From positions 53,744 to 117,743 of IMG/VR virus record IMGVR_UViG_3300042337_000526: a stretch of DNA of 64,000 nucleotides; one strand, given 5' to 3'. The notes below the pieces were generated by a model. It had not been told where the DNA came from. It saw only the letters and a program-made list of their open reading frames with translations, and did not search any database. Source of the stretch: a virus. The translations under genes and the position numbers were made by a program. How positions within the stretch are numbered: position 1 is the stretch's first letter; every line of letters starts with the position of its first letter. Shown here in pieces: positions 54,265 to 63,510 of this stretch.

Positions 54265-54312
54265 TTATAAAGGTGTATTATTAAGCACAGTATTTTAATA
54301 CTCCTTATATAA
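54265..54312 (+). promoter_or_regulatory. Imperfect inverted repeat containing a GGTGTA-TTATTAAG motif between nrdJ and phoH
   Basis: Left arm TTATAAAGGTGTATTA (54265-54280); the right arm (54296-54312) reverse-complements to TTATATAAGGAGTATTA. Confidence 0.55.
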
Positions 54313-54326
54313 GAAAAGGGCACACA

Positions 54327-55058
54327 TTGAGAAAAGCTAATAAAAACTCAAAGAAAAAAGCTAAGGTTATTGATGCGACAAATAGTTTGGAACCCAAAGG
54401 AGCTGCTTATAGAAATCGATTAAAACCAAGAACCGAAAATCAAAAAGAATACATAAGGACTGTTGCAGAAAATACTATAACGTTTTGTCAGGGCTTAGCT
54501 GGTAGTGGTAAAACACACATCGCTATCGGTATGGCTCTTGAATATCTTTTAGACGAAAAAGTAAAAAAGATTATTATCACAAGACCAATATTAGAGGCTG
54601 GAGAAAAAATGGGATATCTCCCAGGATCAGCAGAAGAAAAATTACATCCTTATCTATTGCCAATACTAGATGAAATTGGACATTTCATAAGTTCAGCACA
54701 TTATGCTTCACTAAGACTTAACAACAAAGTTGAAGTTGTACCATTGGGACTCATGAGAGGTCGTAATTTTCATAATGCTTTTATTGTTGCTGACGAGTGC
54801 CAGAATGCATCGTATGAACAATTAAAAATGTTAATAACAAGAACAGGACAATCTAGTAAAATGGTTTTAACTGGTGACGTTGCTCAGTCTGACTTAAGCA
54901 GACATTTACAAGGTGGTTTTAGCGATATGATATCAGCCCTTAATGGAGTTGAAGGTATAGGTTATTCTAAATTAGAAGCCTCAGATATTGTAAGAAATCC
55001 AATTATCTCTAAAATCTTATATAGACTTGATGATTATGAGCAGCAAAGCCGAAAATAG
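54327..55058 (+). CDS. phoH: PhoH-family ATPase
   Basis: GLAGSGKT (Walker A), ITRP, GYLPGSAEEKLHPY, MRGRNF, ADECQN, LTGDVAQSDL. TTG start. Confidence 0.95.
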   Translation: MRKANKNSKKKAKVIDATNSLEPKGAAYRNRLKPRTENQKEYIRTVAENTITFCQGLAGSGKTHIAIGMALEYLLDEKVKKIIITRPILEAGEKMGYLPGSAEEKLHPYLLPILDEIGHFISSAHYASLRLNNKVEVVPLGLMRGRNFHNAFIVADECQNASYEQLKMLITRTGQSSKMVLTGDVAQSDLSRHLQGGFSDMISALNGVEGIGYSKLEASDIVRNPIISKILYRLDDYEQQSRK

Positions 55059-55626
55059 TAAATGCTTGTTGTTAAATGCAGACTATGCCCCTCTAAGAAT
55101 AATATCTTGGCAGAGGGCTATAGTTTGGTCTATTAGATACGAAGACAACAAAAGTTATGGTATTGAAATATTATCATATTATAAAGATAAATATATCCAA
55201 GGATCTGCTGGCAAACAATATCCAGTTCCAGCAGTAGCTAAAACTCTTAGATATTTTAATCTCTATAATAGAAAGATTAATTTTTCTAGACATAATTTAT
55301 TTATTAGAGATAATCATACATGCCAATATTGTGGTATGCAATTGTGTTCTACTCAATTAACTTATGATCATATCATTCCCAAATGTCGATTTAATGAAAA
55401 CAAAAGATTATCAACAAATTGGAATAATATAGTAACAGCCTGTAGACCATGTAATCATAAAAAAGGAAACAGGACTCCAAAAGAAGCGGGAATGAAATTA
55501 ATAAATTCGCCAATAGAACCCAATTACTCGTTGGAGTACTTGCCTTGGTTTCAAGAAATCTCTACTATAAGCGATGGACCTTCTTACGAACTATGGAAAC
55601 CCTTTATTGTCAATAAATATGTCTAA
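55036..55626 (+). CDS. HNH endonuclease (McrA-like)
   Basis: CLLLNADYAPL, FIRDNHTCQYCG, TYDHIIPK, WNNIVTACRPCNHKKG. Confidence 0.92.
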   Translation: MSSKAENSKCLLLNADYAPLRIISWQRAIVWSIRYEDNKSYGIEILSYYKDKYIQGSAGKQYPVPAVAKTLRYFNLYNRKINFSRHNLFIRDNHTCQYCGMQLCSTQLTYDHIIPKCRFNENKRLSTNWNNIVTACRPCNHKKGNRTPKEAGMKLINSPIEPNYSLEYLPWFQEISTISDGPSYELWKPFIVNKYV

Positions 55627-56026
55627 TTTTATTTTTAATTCCAAGCCTATCGAAGATATTGAAATGTTTTATTGTCTTAGTGGAAAAGAAGACTTTGTAG
55701 ACAGCGAAGGTAATGCTAGGCTGAATTCATTGGAATCAGAAAATGTGGCTGCCAAATGCAGACAAAACAAAAAGCCAAAAAGCTTTAATAATAATCAGTA
55801 TCAATATAGTTACTATATTAGAACCACTCCAAACTCTACTCTATTTAATCCAATAGAATTATTATCTCCAATTAAAAATAAACGACAATTTGATTTTATA
55901 GACGGCGTTTGTAAAAACAAATGGATGTTTAAAGAGGTATCAAAAATAACATTTGATAAATATATAAAATTTCTCAATACCAAAAATATATCTTGGTTAA
56001 AGGATGCTGAGAGAGACTTGAAGTAA
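55619..56026 (+). CDS. Hypothetical protein, paralog of 56715-57095
   Basis: MSNFIFN...SGKEDFVD...LFNP...FDKYIKFLNTKNISWLKDAER. ATG 55619 (track 55574). Confidence 0.75.
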   Translation: MSNFIFNSKPIEDIEMFYCLSGKEDFVDSEGNARLNSLESENVAAKCRQNKKPKSFNNNQYQYSYYIRTTPNSTLFNPIELLSPIKNKRQFDFIDGVCKNKWMFKEVSKITFDKYIKFLNTKNISWLKDAERDLK

Positions 56027-56027
56027 T

Positions 56028-56378
56028 ATGCCAACTTACTCGTATGCGTGTGACAAATGCTCAAATCATTTTGAGTTATTTTATTATATTAAAGACTATA
56101 TCGATAATCCAAAATGCGCCAAGTGCGGATCAAGCCGAACATACAGAGAATATATAAAAGACGTATCTACACAAAGTTCTTCTGTTAGAAAGTCTGATAC
56201 TGAATTAAAAACTATTGGTGATTTAGCTAATAGAAACAGAGACAAAATGACGGATGATCAAAAAATAGAACTTTATAATAAGCATAATGCATATAAAGAG
56301 GAACAGCCCAAAACGGAACTTCCCAAAGGCATGAAAAGACTCAAAAAACAACCAAAAATTAAATGGACAGACAAATGA
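56028..56378 (+). CDS. FmdB-family zinc-ribbon protein
   Basis: MPTYSYACDKCSNHFE...PKCAKCGS. Confidence 0.85.
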   Translation: MPTYSYACDKCSNHFELFYYIKDYIDNPKCAKCGSSRTYREYIKDVSTQSSSVRKSDTELKTIGDLANRNRDKMTDDQKIELYNKHNAYKEEQPKTELPKGMKRLKKQPKIKWTDK

Positions 56379-56722
56379 CCGACAAGCCAGAAATAAACGA
56401 ACAAGATAAACAAAAAATACTAGACGCTATAGAAGCACTAAGAAAACAACATGATAGTGCCTCTTTGGCTCATAATATATCAATGTCATCAGACAAGCTG
56501 ATTGAGTGTAAGCATGAAATAGTGATTCAGGTAGTGGCAAAAATTCTTGAAGAAGATAATCTAGGCACGACCATAGGGGCCAAAGAGATATGTCAAAAGA
56601 ATTATCACATACCTGTTCCTGCTAACAGAGACTATAATGAATATACAAAGGGATTCTTTGAATTTCTAGAAAACTGTATGTCAACATCTATAAATAATTT
56701 AGAAGAGGATAATAATGGATAA
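56375..56722 (+). CDS. Hypothetical protein
   Basis: ATGA overlap with the upstream gene (track 56363). Confidence 0.65.
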   Translation: MTDKPEINEQDKQKILDAIEALRKQHDSASLAHNISMSSDKLIECKHEIVIQVVAKILEEDNLGTTIGAKEICQKNYHIPVPANRDYNEYTKGFFEFLENCMSTSINNLEEDNNG

Positions 56723-57095
56723 TTTTATATTTAATCCAACTGAAAAAACCCAGGATTCTATGTCTTTCGAATACTACGGAGTATCTGGTGCAGAAGATTA
56801 CTTGGATGCTGATGGTATGCCGAGAATGGCACAAGATAGTCCTAAGGTTTTTGCTAAAAAAATAATACGATCAAACACCACAACACAGTACTGCATTAAG
56901 CTTTCAAATAATAATAAACTATTTAATCCTATGGACTATGGTTTAGACGAAAGATCATACAGTATAGTAGACAATGTATGTAGGCCGTCTGATAAATTTA
57001 AAATAGTAAATCAAGCCGTTTTCAATATGTATATTAATTTTTTAAGTTCCAAGAACGCTTCTTGGTTAACAAAAGCCGAAAGAGAGTTAATCTAA
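56715..57095 (+). CDS. Hypothetical protein, paralog of 55619-56026
   Basis: MDNFIFN...SGAEDYLD...LFNP...FNMYINFLSSKNASWLTKAER; RBS gagg. Confidence 0.75.
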   Translation: MDNFIFNPTEKTQDSMSFEYYGVSGAEDYLDADGMPRMAQDSPKVFAKKIIRSNTTTQYCIKLSNNNKLFNPMDYGLDERSYSIVDNVCRPSDKFKIVNQAVFNMYINFLSSKNASWLTKAERELI

Positions 57096-57412
57096 TGTCT
57101 AAACTGAATAAAACACAAAAGTATGCAATACAATGGCTAAGTCATACAGGGTCTGATTCTGATGCAATAGCCAAGGAATTAAATGTTACGTCAACTCAGG
57201 TTCTGTCGGTGATAGGGACTCCATCATCTAAAACAGAAACAACAGCTAGGCCACAAGCTAAGGATTTAATGATTACTCATACGTCTGGAAAGAAAAGTAA
57301 TTCTGTTTCTATAATGACAAAAGAAGCATCAGAGATTGGGGACGCTTCAAGAAACAGACACAATAATACTAAGACTAATGAGCAAAAAGGAATTTTTAGA
57401 CCAAAGAAATAA
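57095..57412 (+). CDS. Putative HTH DNA-binding protein
   Basis: SDAIAKELNVTSTQVLSVI (HTH-like); TAATG overlap with the upstream stop (track 57062). Confidence 0.6.
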   Translation: MSKLNKTQKYAIQWLSHTGSDSDAIAKELNVTSTQVLSVIGTPSSKTETTARPQAKDLMITHTSGKKSNSVSIMTKEASEIGDASRNRHNNTKTNEQKGIFRPKK

Positions 57413-57413
57413 A

Positions 57414-57836
57414 ATGTATCCATCTAGATACTCGAACGGCAAGACTGTATCAGCAGCACAGTATATTACAGAGCTAATCTGTGAGCACAAAGCAAGGATA
57501 GAGAAGTTAGATCTTCATTATAGATTTTGGACCAATAAAGAATGGTCAAAATATTATCGTGATCAAATAGCTACGGCAAATAAATTATTAAAAAAATATA
57601 CTCCAAAAGCTATTGTTAGAGCACTAAATGACAAAAAAACAGAAAAAATCTATTCTTTGCGAGCCCCGCATCTTATTGCTATTATAGAACATCATGAGAT
57701 GTTAGCTCAGTCTGAAAATAAAAATATGAAAGATACCATAGACAGATCTGATGATAAAAAATTCAGACAACCCATTAAGAACAAAAACAATATTTTATCC
57801 AAGTTAAAGGAAATGGAAGATGGCGACAACTCTTAA
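57414..57836 (+). CDS. Hypothetical helical protein upstream of the recombinase
   Basis: ATG 57414 lies just after the upstream stop; alternative in-frame starts at 57336/57378. Confidence 0.65.
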   Translation: MYPSRYSNGKTVSAAQYITELICEHKARIEKLDLHYRFWTNKEWSKYYRDQIATANKLLKKYTPKAIVRALNDKKTEKIYSLRAPHLIAIIEHHEMLAQSENKNMKDTIDRSDDKKFRQPIKNKNNILSKLKEMEDGDNS

Positions 57837-58839
57837 AGAAGATGTGATGAAAAATTTTGGTGATGAAATCATACTATCCGGCAATGCCCTAGTAGACAAA
57901 AAGGTATTAACAATACCAGTTAGTCCAGCACTAGATATTGCTCTAAATGGAGGAATACCAGAAGGAAGTTTCGTTGTATTAACAGGACAACCAAAGTGTG
58001 GAAAAACAACAACATCGCTAGCCTTCTCTGCAACCGCACAACAAAAGCAATATGCTCATGGATCATTTAAAGAAGGTCGCCAAGTGTACTACCTAAATAT
58101 AGAGGGTAGATTAAAAAAGAGAGACCTAGAAGGAATACCAGGACTAGATCTGGCTAGATTTCATATTATAGGTAGTCAGCAAGGAAAAATATTACACGGT
58201 GAAGAATATTTGCAAATTGGAGAAAGAATTATAAATGAGGTTCCAGGATGTGTCTTAATTATAGACTCATATTCTGCTTTGTGTACTGAAGCAGAAATTA
58301 CTAGTGATATGGATAAGATGCAAAGAGCAGATGGCGCCAAGCTATTAGCAAAATTTTGCCGCAAGGTGGCCAATGTTATTCCTGTTAATCGCAATATAGT
58401 TATAGGCATTACTCACTTAATGGGCAATCCTACCGGATATGGTGCAGAATTCAAAGAAAAAAGCGGTCAAGCTATTGCTTATCAAACAGACATTAAGCTC
58501 AGGGCTAAAACATTTAAACCGTGGATCGTTGGAACCGATAATACTCAAATAGGGCAGGAGATCGAATGGCAGGTGGTCTGCTCGGCACTTGGGCCTCCTG
58601 GTGCAGTCACAACCAGCTTTGTTAGATATGGTCAGGGAATTGATAAGTATACAGAACTGATTAATTTAGCGTCTGATGTTGGAATAATTAATAAGGGAGG
58701 AGCTTGGTATACCATCACAGTAATGGATGATAAACCAAAGTTTCAAGGAACTGAAAAGGTAAGAAACTTCCTTCTGGAAAATAAAGAAGCCTATGAATCT
58801 GTTGAGAAATCGGTCAAAGAGGTTTTAGGTATCAAATAA
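57820..58839 (+). CDS. recA: RecA/UvsX-like recombinase
   Basis: LDIALNGGIPEG, GQPKCGKTT (Walker A), YLNIEGR, LIIDSYSAL (Walker B), SGQAIAYQTDIKL, GAWY. Confidence 0.9.
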   Translation: MATTLKEDVMKNFGDEIILSGNALVDKKVLTIPVSPALDIALNGGIPEGSFVVLTGQPKCGKTTTSLAFSATAQQKQYAHGSFKEGRQVYYLNIEGRLKKRDLEGIPGLDLARFHIIGSQQGKILHGEEYLQIGERIINEVPGCVLIIDSYSALCTEAEITSDMDKMQRADGAKLLAKFCRKVANVIPVNRNIVIGITHLMGNPTGYGAEFKEKSGQAIAYQTDIKLRAKTFKPWIVGTDNTQIGQEIEWQVVCSALGPPGAVTTSFVRYGQGIDKYTELINLASDVGIINKGGAWYTITVMDDKPKFQGTEKVRNFLLENKEAYESVEKSVKEVLGIK

Positions 58840-59259
58840 ATGATCGTTAAAGACCTGAATGGAAATATGGTTAACTGGAACTTAACGGGCCACATAGCAA
58901 AAGGTAGAGTTAAAGAAAAATCTTCTTTTCATTTGGCCGCTAGGAAAATATTAACACAGATATTCCCAACTCTGCAAATACTAGAAGAAGTTCCTATACC
59001 TCTAAGAAAATCAGAAACTCTATATTTAGACTTTTACCTTCCTCTAATAAAAAGAGCAATAGAAGTTCATGGTGAACAGCATTATAAATTCACGCCCTTT
59101 TACCACTCGAATAGGATCAATTTTTTAAAAGCACAAAAAAAAGATAATGAAAAAAGAGAATGGTGCGAAACAAATGGGATAAGTCACATTGTATTACCTC
59201 ATTTTGAAAACACAGACAAATGGAAAGCATTAATAATATATGATAACCAGAACAGCTAA
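58840..59259 (+). CDS. PD-(D/E)XK / DUF559-like endonuclease
   Basis: LYLDFYLP...AIEVHGEQHY...DNEKREWCETNGI. Confidence 0.8.
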   Translation: MIVKDLNGNMVNWNLTGHIAKGRVKEKSSFHLAARKILTQIFPTLQILEEVPIPLRKSETLYLDFYLPLIKRAIEVHGEQHYKFTPFYHSNRINFLKAQKKDNEKREWCETNGISHIVLPHFENTDKWKALIIYDNQNS

Positions 59260-59737
59260 AGAAGATTTACAGCATTGGGATAATATTCTAGATGAGTATG
59301 AGTCATCAATAGCTCTTCCTAAATATTCTCCTCAATATGGTGTGTCGGAAACTGAGATTAACCAGTATCTAACAATGACTCGTGACGAGATAGAAAAAAT
59401 ATCACCAGAGGACTGTGCTCAAATATCATATAGATTAGCACAATTCTCGTTTCATGTTCAGAGAACTATTAATAGAGAAATCGCACGATGTAATTGGTCA
59501 GAAGAGTCAATTAAAGACGCTATTGCTGACGAGATAAATAACTATAAAGGCTATGGTTTTGTTGAAAAGTCTTTACAAGCAATAAAACATAATGACAAAG
59601 CATCTGCGCTAAATAGCATAAAGAAATATGCTAAACAGAGAATTGACAGATTATCATATATTGCTAATAGTATAAAAAATTTATCTGACATTATGATGGC
59701 TATACAAAAAACTAAGGTGCAACATGGATCCAAATGA
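59240..59737 (+). CDS. Helical hypothetical protein (possibly a UvsY-like recombination mediator)
   Basis: All-helical 165-aa ORF in the recombination operon; function is only a positional guess. Confidence 0.6.
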   Translation: MITRTAKEDLQHWDNILDEYESSIALPKYSPQYGVSETEINQYLTMTRDEIEKISPEDCAQISYRLAQFSFHVQRTINREIARCNWSEESIKDAIADEINNYKGYGFVEKSLQAIKHNDKASALNSIKKYAKQRIDRLSYIANSIKNLSDIMMAIQKTKVQHGSK

Positions 59738-60167
59738 ACTATTAAAAGACCCAGAACAAATCAAAGCATTGATCTCTCTTTTACAGGGTTTGGTTGATCA
59801 ATCAAGCCCAAAGCCAGATGAAGAAGAAGAACCCGAAAACAATAGGGTGGCACCATCAAAACCTGGGTCTACTATAAAAACGAAGGGCCGTCAAAAAGCC
59901 GGCGCCAACAATACTATCAAATCAAAAAAACTACAGTCCAAAAATACAAATCAATTTGAAAAAATGGCTGAGTTTAGAATGCATAAGGATGATTGTGCAA
60001 TAGATAAAAAACTATGTTCAAATCCACCTGTTGCAAGAATGCGAGATTTTGAGTTTATTGATGTTGTTTGTCGCGTTTGTGGAAAAAAAGAATCAATAGC
60101 TCCTGCGTTATTGTTCGATGTTCCTTCAAGATATAAATGTAATAATTGTTCAACCCAATCTGGTTAA
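59724..60167 (+). CDS. Hypothetical protein with C-terminal CxxC...CxxC zinc ribbon
   Basis: VVCRVCGKKE...YKCNNCS. Confidence 0.7.
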   Translation: MDPNELLKDPEQIKALISLLQGLVDQSSPKPDEEEEPENNRVAPSKPGSTIKTKGRQKAGANNTIKSKKLQSKNTNQFEKMAEFRMHKDDCAIDKKLCSNPPVARMRDFEFIDVVCRVCGKKESIAPALLFDVPSRYKCNNCSTQSG

Positions 60168-60170
60168 AAT

Positions 60171-61640
60171 ATGATTTTGTGTGATCCCTCGGCCGAAAGA
60201 GCCATACTTAGTGGTATATTAAAATATGGTGAAGATGCTTATTTGGATATAGCCGATATCCTTCAAGAATCATCTTTTACCATAGATAGCAATCAGGTAA
60301 TCTTTAAATGTCTCAAAAACATTTGTGATAAAGAACCTAAGCCATCAATAGATCTTGCTTCTGTCTATTCTTCTTCAGAAGAACTAGGCTTGTCTAATAT
60401 ATTGTCCAAAAAAGAAGAAGCTCAACATCTTAAAGCGATATTCGACTTCCCCGTTAATTTGGAGAATGTTAGAAAATTTGCTACAAAGGTTAAAAAACTA
60501 GAGATAGCCAGATTACTCCACAAAGAAATGGATCAGGTGCAGGATAGACTACTTGATGTTAATGGTAGTGAATCATTGTCCTCCATTATCGGAATAGCAG
60601 AAGAAGTAATATTTAATTTTACTTCAAAAATATCCAACGATGGAGAATCCGCTCCCGCTCCAATATCTTCTAATATAGATGATTACATGGAGTTTTTACA
60701 GTCAAATAAAGTTGATCAAATAGGAATACCTACAGGATTTCCAGTATACGACAAAGCCATTGGCGGAGGCTTAAGAAGAGGCACGGTGAATGTAATAGCA
60801 GCACGACCAAAAGTGGGAAAAACCCTCTTATCTGACAATATGGGCTATTATATAGCTAGCAAGCTCCAGATACCTGTGCTTAATATGGATACCGAAATGA
60901 CCAAGGAAGACCATATTCACAGAATACTTGCTATGTCTTCAGAAATAGAACTATCAAAAATTGAGACCGGTAAGTTTTCTGATACTCCAAGTTCGTTATC
61001 AAAAATTAAATCATCAATAGAAGAATTGAAAGCAAGTAAGTTATTTCATAAAAGTATTGCAGGAAAAGCATTTGATGAACAACTTTCAATAATGAGACGA
61101 TGGCTTATCAAAGAAGTCGGATTAAATGACGATGGAACAGCAAAGGACTGTGTTATATTTTATGACTATCTAAAGCTTATGGACAGTGCTGGTATAAGTC
61201 AAGATATGAAAGAATATCAGGTTCTTGGTTTTATGATGACGGCGTTACATAATTTTGCTATACAGTATAAGGTTCCTATCTTAGCGTTTATTCAGTTAAA
61301 TAGGGATGGCATAACTAAAGAAAGTACTGATACTGCTAGCGGTTCTGATAGAATTATTTGGCTATGTAGCAATTTTACAATATTTAAAAGAAAATCAGAC
61401 GAAGAAATAGCAGAGGATGGTTCTGATGCTGGTAATCGTAAACTAGTTCCATTAATCAGCCGTCACGGGGGAGGATTAGACGATAACGATTATATTAATT
61501 GTTATATGAAGGGCTGGTGTGCTAAGATTACCGAAGGTAAAACTCGTTTGGAGCTAATGAGCGGATCAAATAAGCAAAAGGGTGGATTTATAATTAATGA
61601 AGACAACAATGACAATGAAGAAGAAATCCCATTCGTATGA
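60171..61640 (+). CDS. dnaB: Replicative DNA helicase DnaB
   Basis: AERAILSGIL, IPTGFPVYDKAIGGG, AARPKVGKT, MDTEMT, IFYDYLKLM, FIQLNR, SGSDRI. Confidence 0.93.
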   Translation: MILCDPSAERAILSGILKYGEDAYLDIADILQESSFTIDSNQVIFKCLKNICDKEPKPSIDLASVYSSSEELGLSNILSKKEEAQHLKAIFDFPVNLENVRKFATKVKKLEIARLLHKEMDQVQDRLLDVNGSESLSSIIGIAEEVIFNFTSKISNDGESAPAPISSNIDDYMEFLQSNKVDQIGIPTGFPVYDKAIGGGLRRGTVNVIAARPKVGKTLLSDNMGYYIASKLQIPVLNMDTEMTKEDHIHRILAMSSEIELSKIETGKFSDTPSSLSKIKSSIEELKASKLFHKSIAGKAFDEQLSIMRRWLIKEVGLNDDGTAKDCVIFYDYLKLMDSAGISQDMKEYQVLGFMMTALHNFAIQYKVPILAFIQLNRDGITKESTDTASGSDRIIWLCSNFTIFKRKSDEEIAEDGSDAGNRKLVPLISRHGGGLDDNDYINCYMKGWCAKITEGKTRLELMSGSNKQKGGFIINEDNNDNEEEIPFV

Positions 61641-62766
61641 TCAACATCAACTAAAGCAGCTTTCTGATTTAGTTTGTGATGATATAGAGAATTTATTGTC
61701 GAATCTAGGGATAGATTCTTATAAAATGCTAGACAAAATGGTTACCATGAGTTGTCCAATTCATGGTGGAGATAATGATTCTGCATTTAATCTGTACCAC
61801 CAAGGAGATACCTATAGAGGGAACTGGAAGTGCAGAACTCACGGATGTGAAAATGTATTTAAGTCATCAATTATAGGCTTTATAAGAGGGTGCTTGTCTC
61901 ATGAAGAAGGGTGGGGAAAACCAGGAGATCCCACTGTGTCGTTCAAAAAGGCATTAGATTTTGCCATAGAATTTGGCAAATATAATCCAGCAAAAAATAA
62001 ACAATCAAGAAAAGCAAAAGAAAAAAATGATTTTGTTAATACGGTAAAAAATATTACACAAGAATCTCAAAACAAAACACAATTAGTTCCTAGGAAATCA
62101 GTTCAAAAAGCCTTAGCTATTCCTTCTGAGTATTTCTTGCAAAGAGGATTCTCTAGAGATATTCTCATAAAATATGATATTGGGGATTGTATTGGACAAG
62201 GTAAAGAAATGAGCAATAGGGCGGTTGTTCCTGTATATGATAATGATATGACAGGAATGATTGGATGCTCTGGTAGAAGTATTTTTAATAAGTGTGGCGA
62301 ATGCGGATGTTTCCACCAAGAATCATCAGACTGTCCTGCTGATCATGAAAAATGGCTACAATCAAAGTGGAGACATAGCAAAAATTTTAAAACTCAAGAA
62401 TGTTTATATAATTATTGGTTTGCTAAAGAATTTATTTTAAAAACTAAAACAGCAATTATAGTAGAAAGTCCAGGAAATGTTTGGAGACTAGAAGAAGCAG
62501 GAATACATAATAGCGTAGCTATTTTTGGTTCTTCTATGGGAAACAAACAAAAAATTCTTTTAGATACTTCTGGTGCTATGAATATTATAACAATAATGGA
62601 CAATGACACTGCTGGACAAGAGGCTGCAAAAAATATAGCTAGTAAATGCGATAGGATATATAATATTAAAAACATTAAATTGTCCGTTAATGATATTGCA
62701 GAAATGACTCTTGAAGAAATTCAAAAAGAAATTTTACCCCAAATAGAAGAGTATCAAGTATGTTAG
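61597..62766 (+). CDS. dnaG: DNA primase DnaG (Zn-binding domain plus TOPRIM)
   Basis: CPIHGGDN...WKCRTHGC, YFLQRGFS, RAVVPVYD...IGCSGRS, IIVESPGNV, IMDNDTAGQEA. Start could be 61609/61615. Confidence 0.9.
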   Translation: MKTTMTMKKKSHSYDQHQLKQLSDLVCDDIENLLSNLGIDSYKMLDKMVTMSCPIHGGDNDSAFNLYHQGDTYRGNWKCRTHGCENVFKSSIIGFIRGCLSHEEGWGKPGDPTVSFKKALDFAIEFGKYNPAKNKQSRKAKEKNDFVNTVKNITQESQNKTQLVPRKSVQKALAIPSEYFLQRGFSRDILIKYDIGDCIGQGKEMSNRAVVPVYDNDMTGMIGCSGRSIFNKCGECGCFHQESSDCPADHEKWLQSKWRHSKNFKTQECLYNYWFAKEFILKTKTAIIVESPGNVWRLEEAGIHNSVAIFGSSMGNKQKILLDTSGAMNIITIMDNDTAGQEAAKNIASKCDRIYNIKNIKLSVNDIAEMTLEEIQKEILPQIEEYQVC

Positions 62767-63500
62767 TTATAGGAGTTTCTGGAAGAAAGCAATCTGGCAA
62801 AAGCACATTAGGCAGATTTGTACTGTCTTTGTCGTTGGCTCAGCTAGATTATTGCAATAATATTTACATGGACGAAGAAACTGGAGAAATTTTAGTTTCA
62901 GATATTCTTGGTGACGATAGGTTCAAAGGGGTGTTTGATATTAGGGAATATAAAGAAAAATTTAACGATCCCAGATTAGATCAGGCTATAGAAAAATTAA
63001 ACAGAAAAATTAAAATATATAATTTTGCCGATGTTTTAAAAACCGACATTTGTATGAATATACTTGGTCTTACATATGATCAATGCTATGGTTCTGATGA
63101 TAATAAAAATGAACTTACCGATATGAGGTGGGATGGGAAACAGATAACAGCAAGAGAGGTAATGCAGATTATTGGGACTGATATTTTTCGAAAAATGGAT
63201 ACGAATGTTTGGGTTAGGGCGACTATCAACAAAATCATAAACGATAAGCCAGAAATTGCTGTTATTACAGATTGTAGATTTCCTAATGAGGTTGAATCAA
63301 TTAAGAACATTGGTGGGAAAGTTATCAGATTAACAAGAAATCCATTTAACTCTGATCATATTAGCGAGTGCGTACTTGACGAAGATAGATATGACTGGTC
63401 TAATTTTGACTATGTATTAGACAATAAAAACTCTTCAGTATACGAGCAGTTTGTTCAGTCTAAAAAGCTCATAGAAGAAATACTTACCACAACCAAATAA
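62760..63500 (+). CDS. Deoxynucleoside monophosphate kinase
   Basis: IGVSGRKQSGKS, NFADVLK, TAREVMQIIGTD, VITDCRFPNEVE. Confidence 0.88.
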   Translation: MLVIGVSGRKQSGKSTLGRFVLSLSLAQLDYCNNIYMDEETGEILVSDILGDDRFKGVFDIREYKEKFNDPRLDQAIEKLNRKIKIYNFADVLKTDICMNILGLTYDQCYGSDDNKNELTDMRWDGKQITAREVMQIIGTDIFRKMDTNVWVRATINKIINDKPEIAVITDCRFPNEVESIKNIGGKVIRLTRNPFNSDHISECVLDEDRYDWSNFDYVLDNKNSSVYEQFVQSKKLIEEILTTTK

Positions 63501-63510
63501 GGACTTTATA

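Noticed and set aside
52055-61640. Introns or inteins in nrdJ, recA or dnaB
   Set aside because: Each is a single uninterrupted ORF of normal length without splicing motifs.
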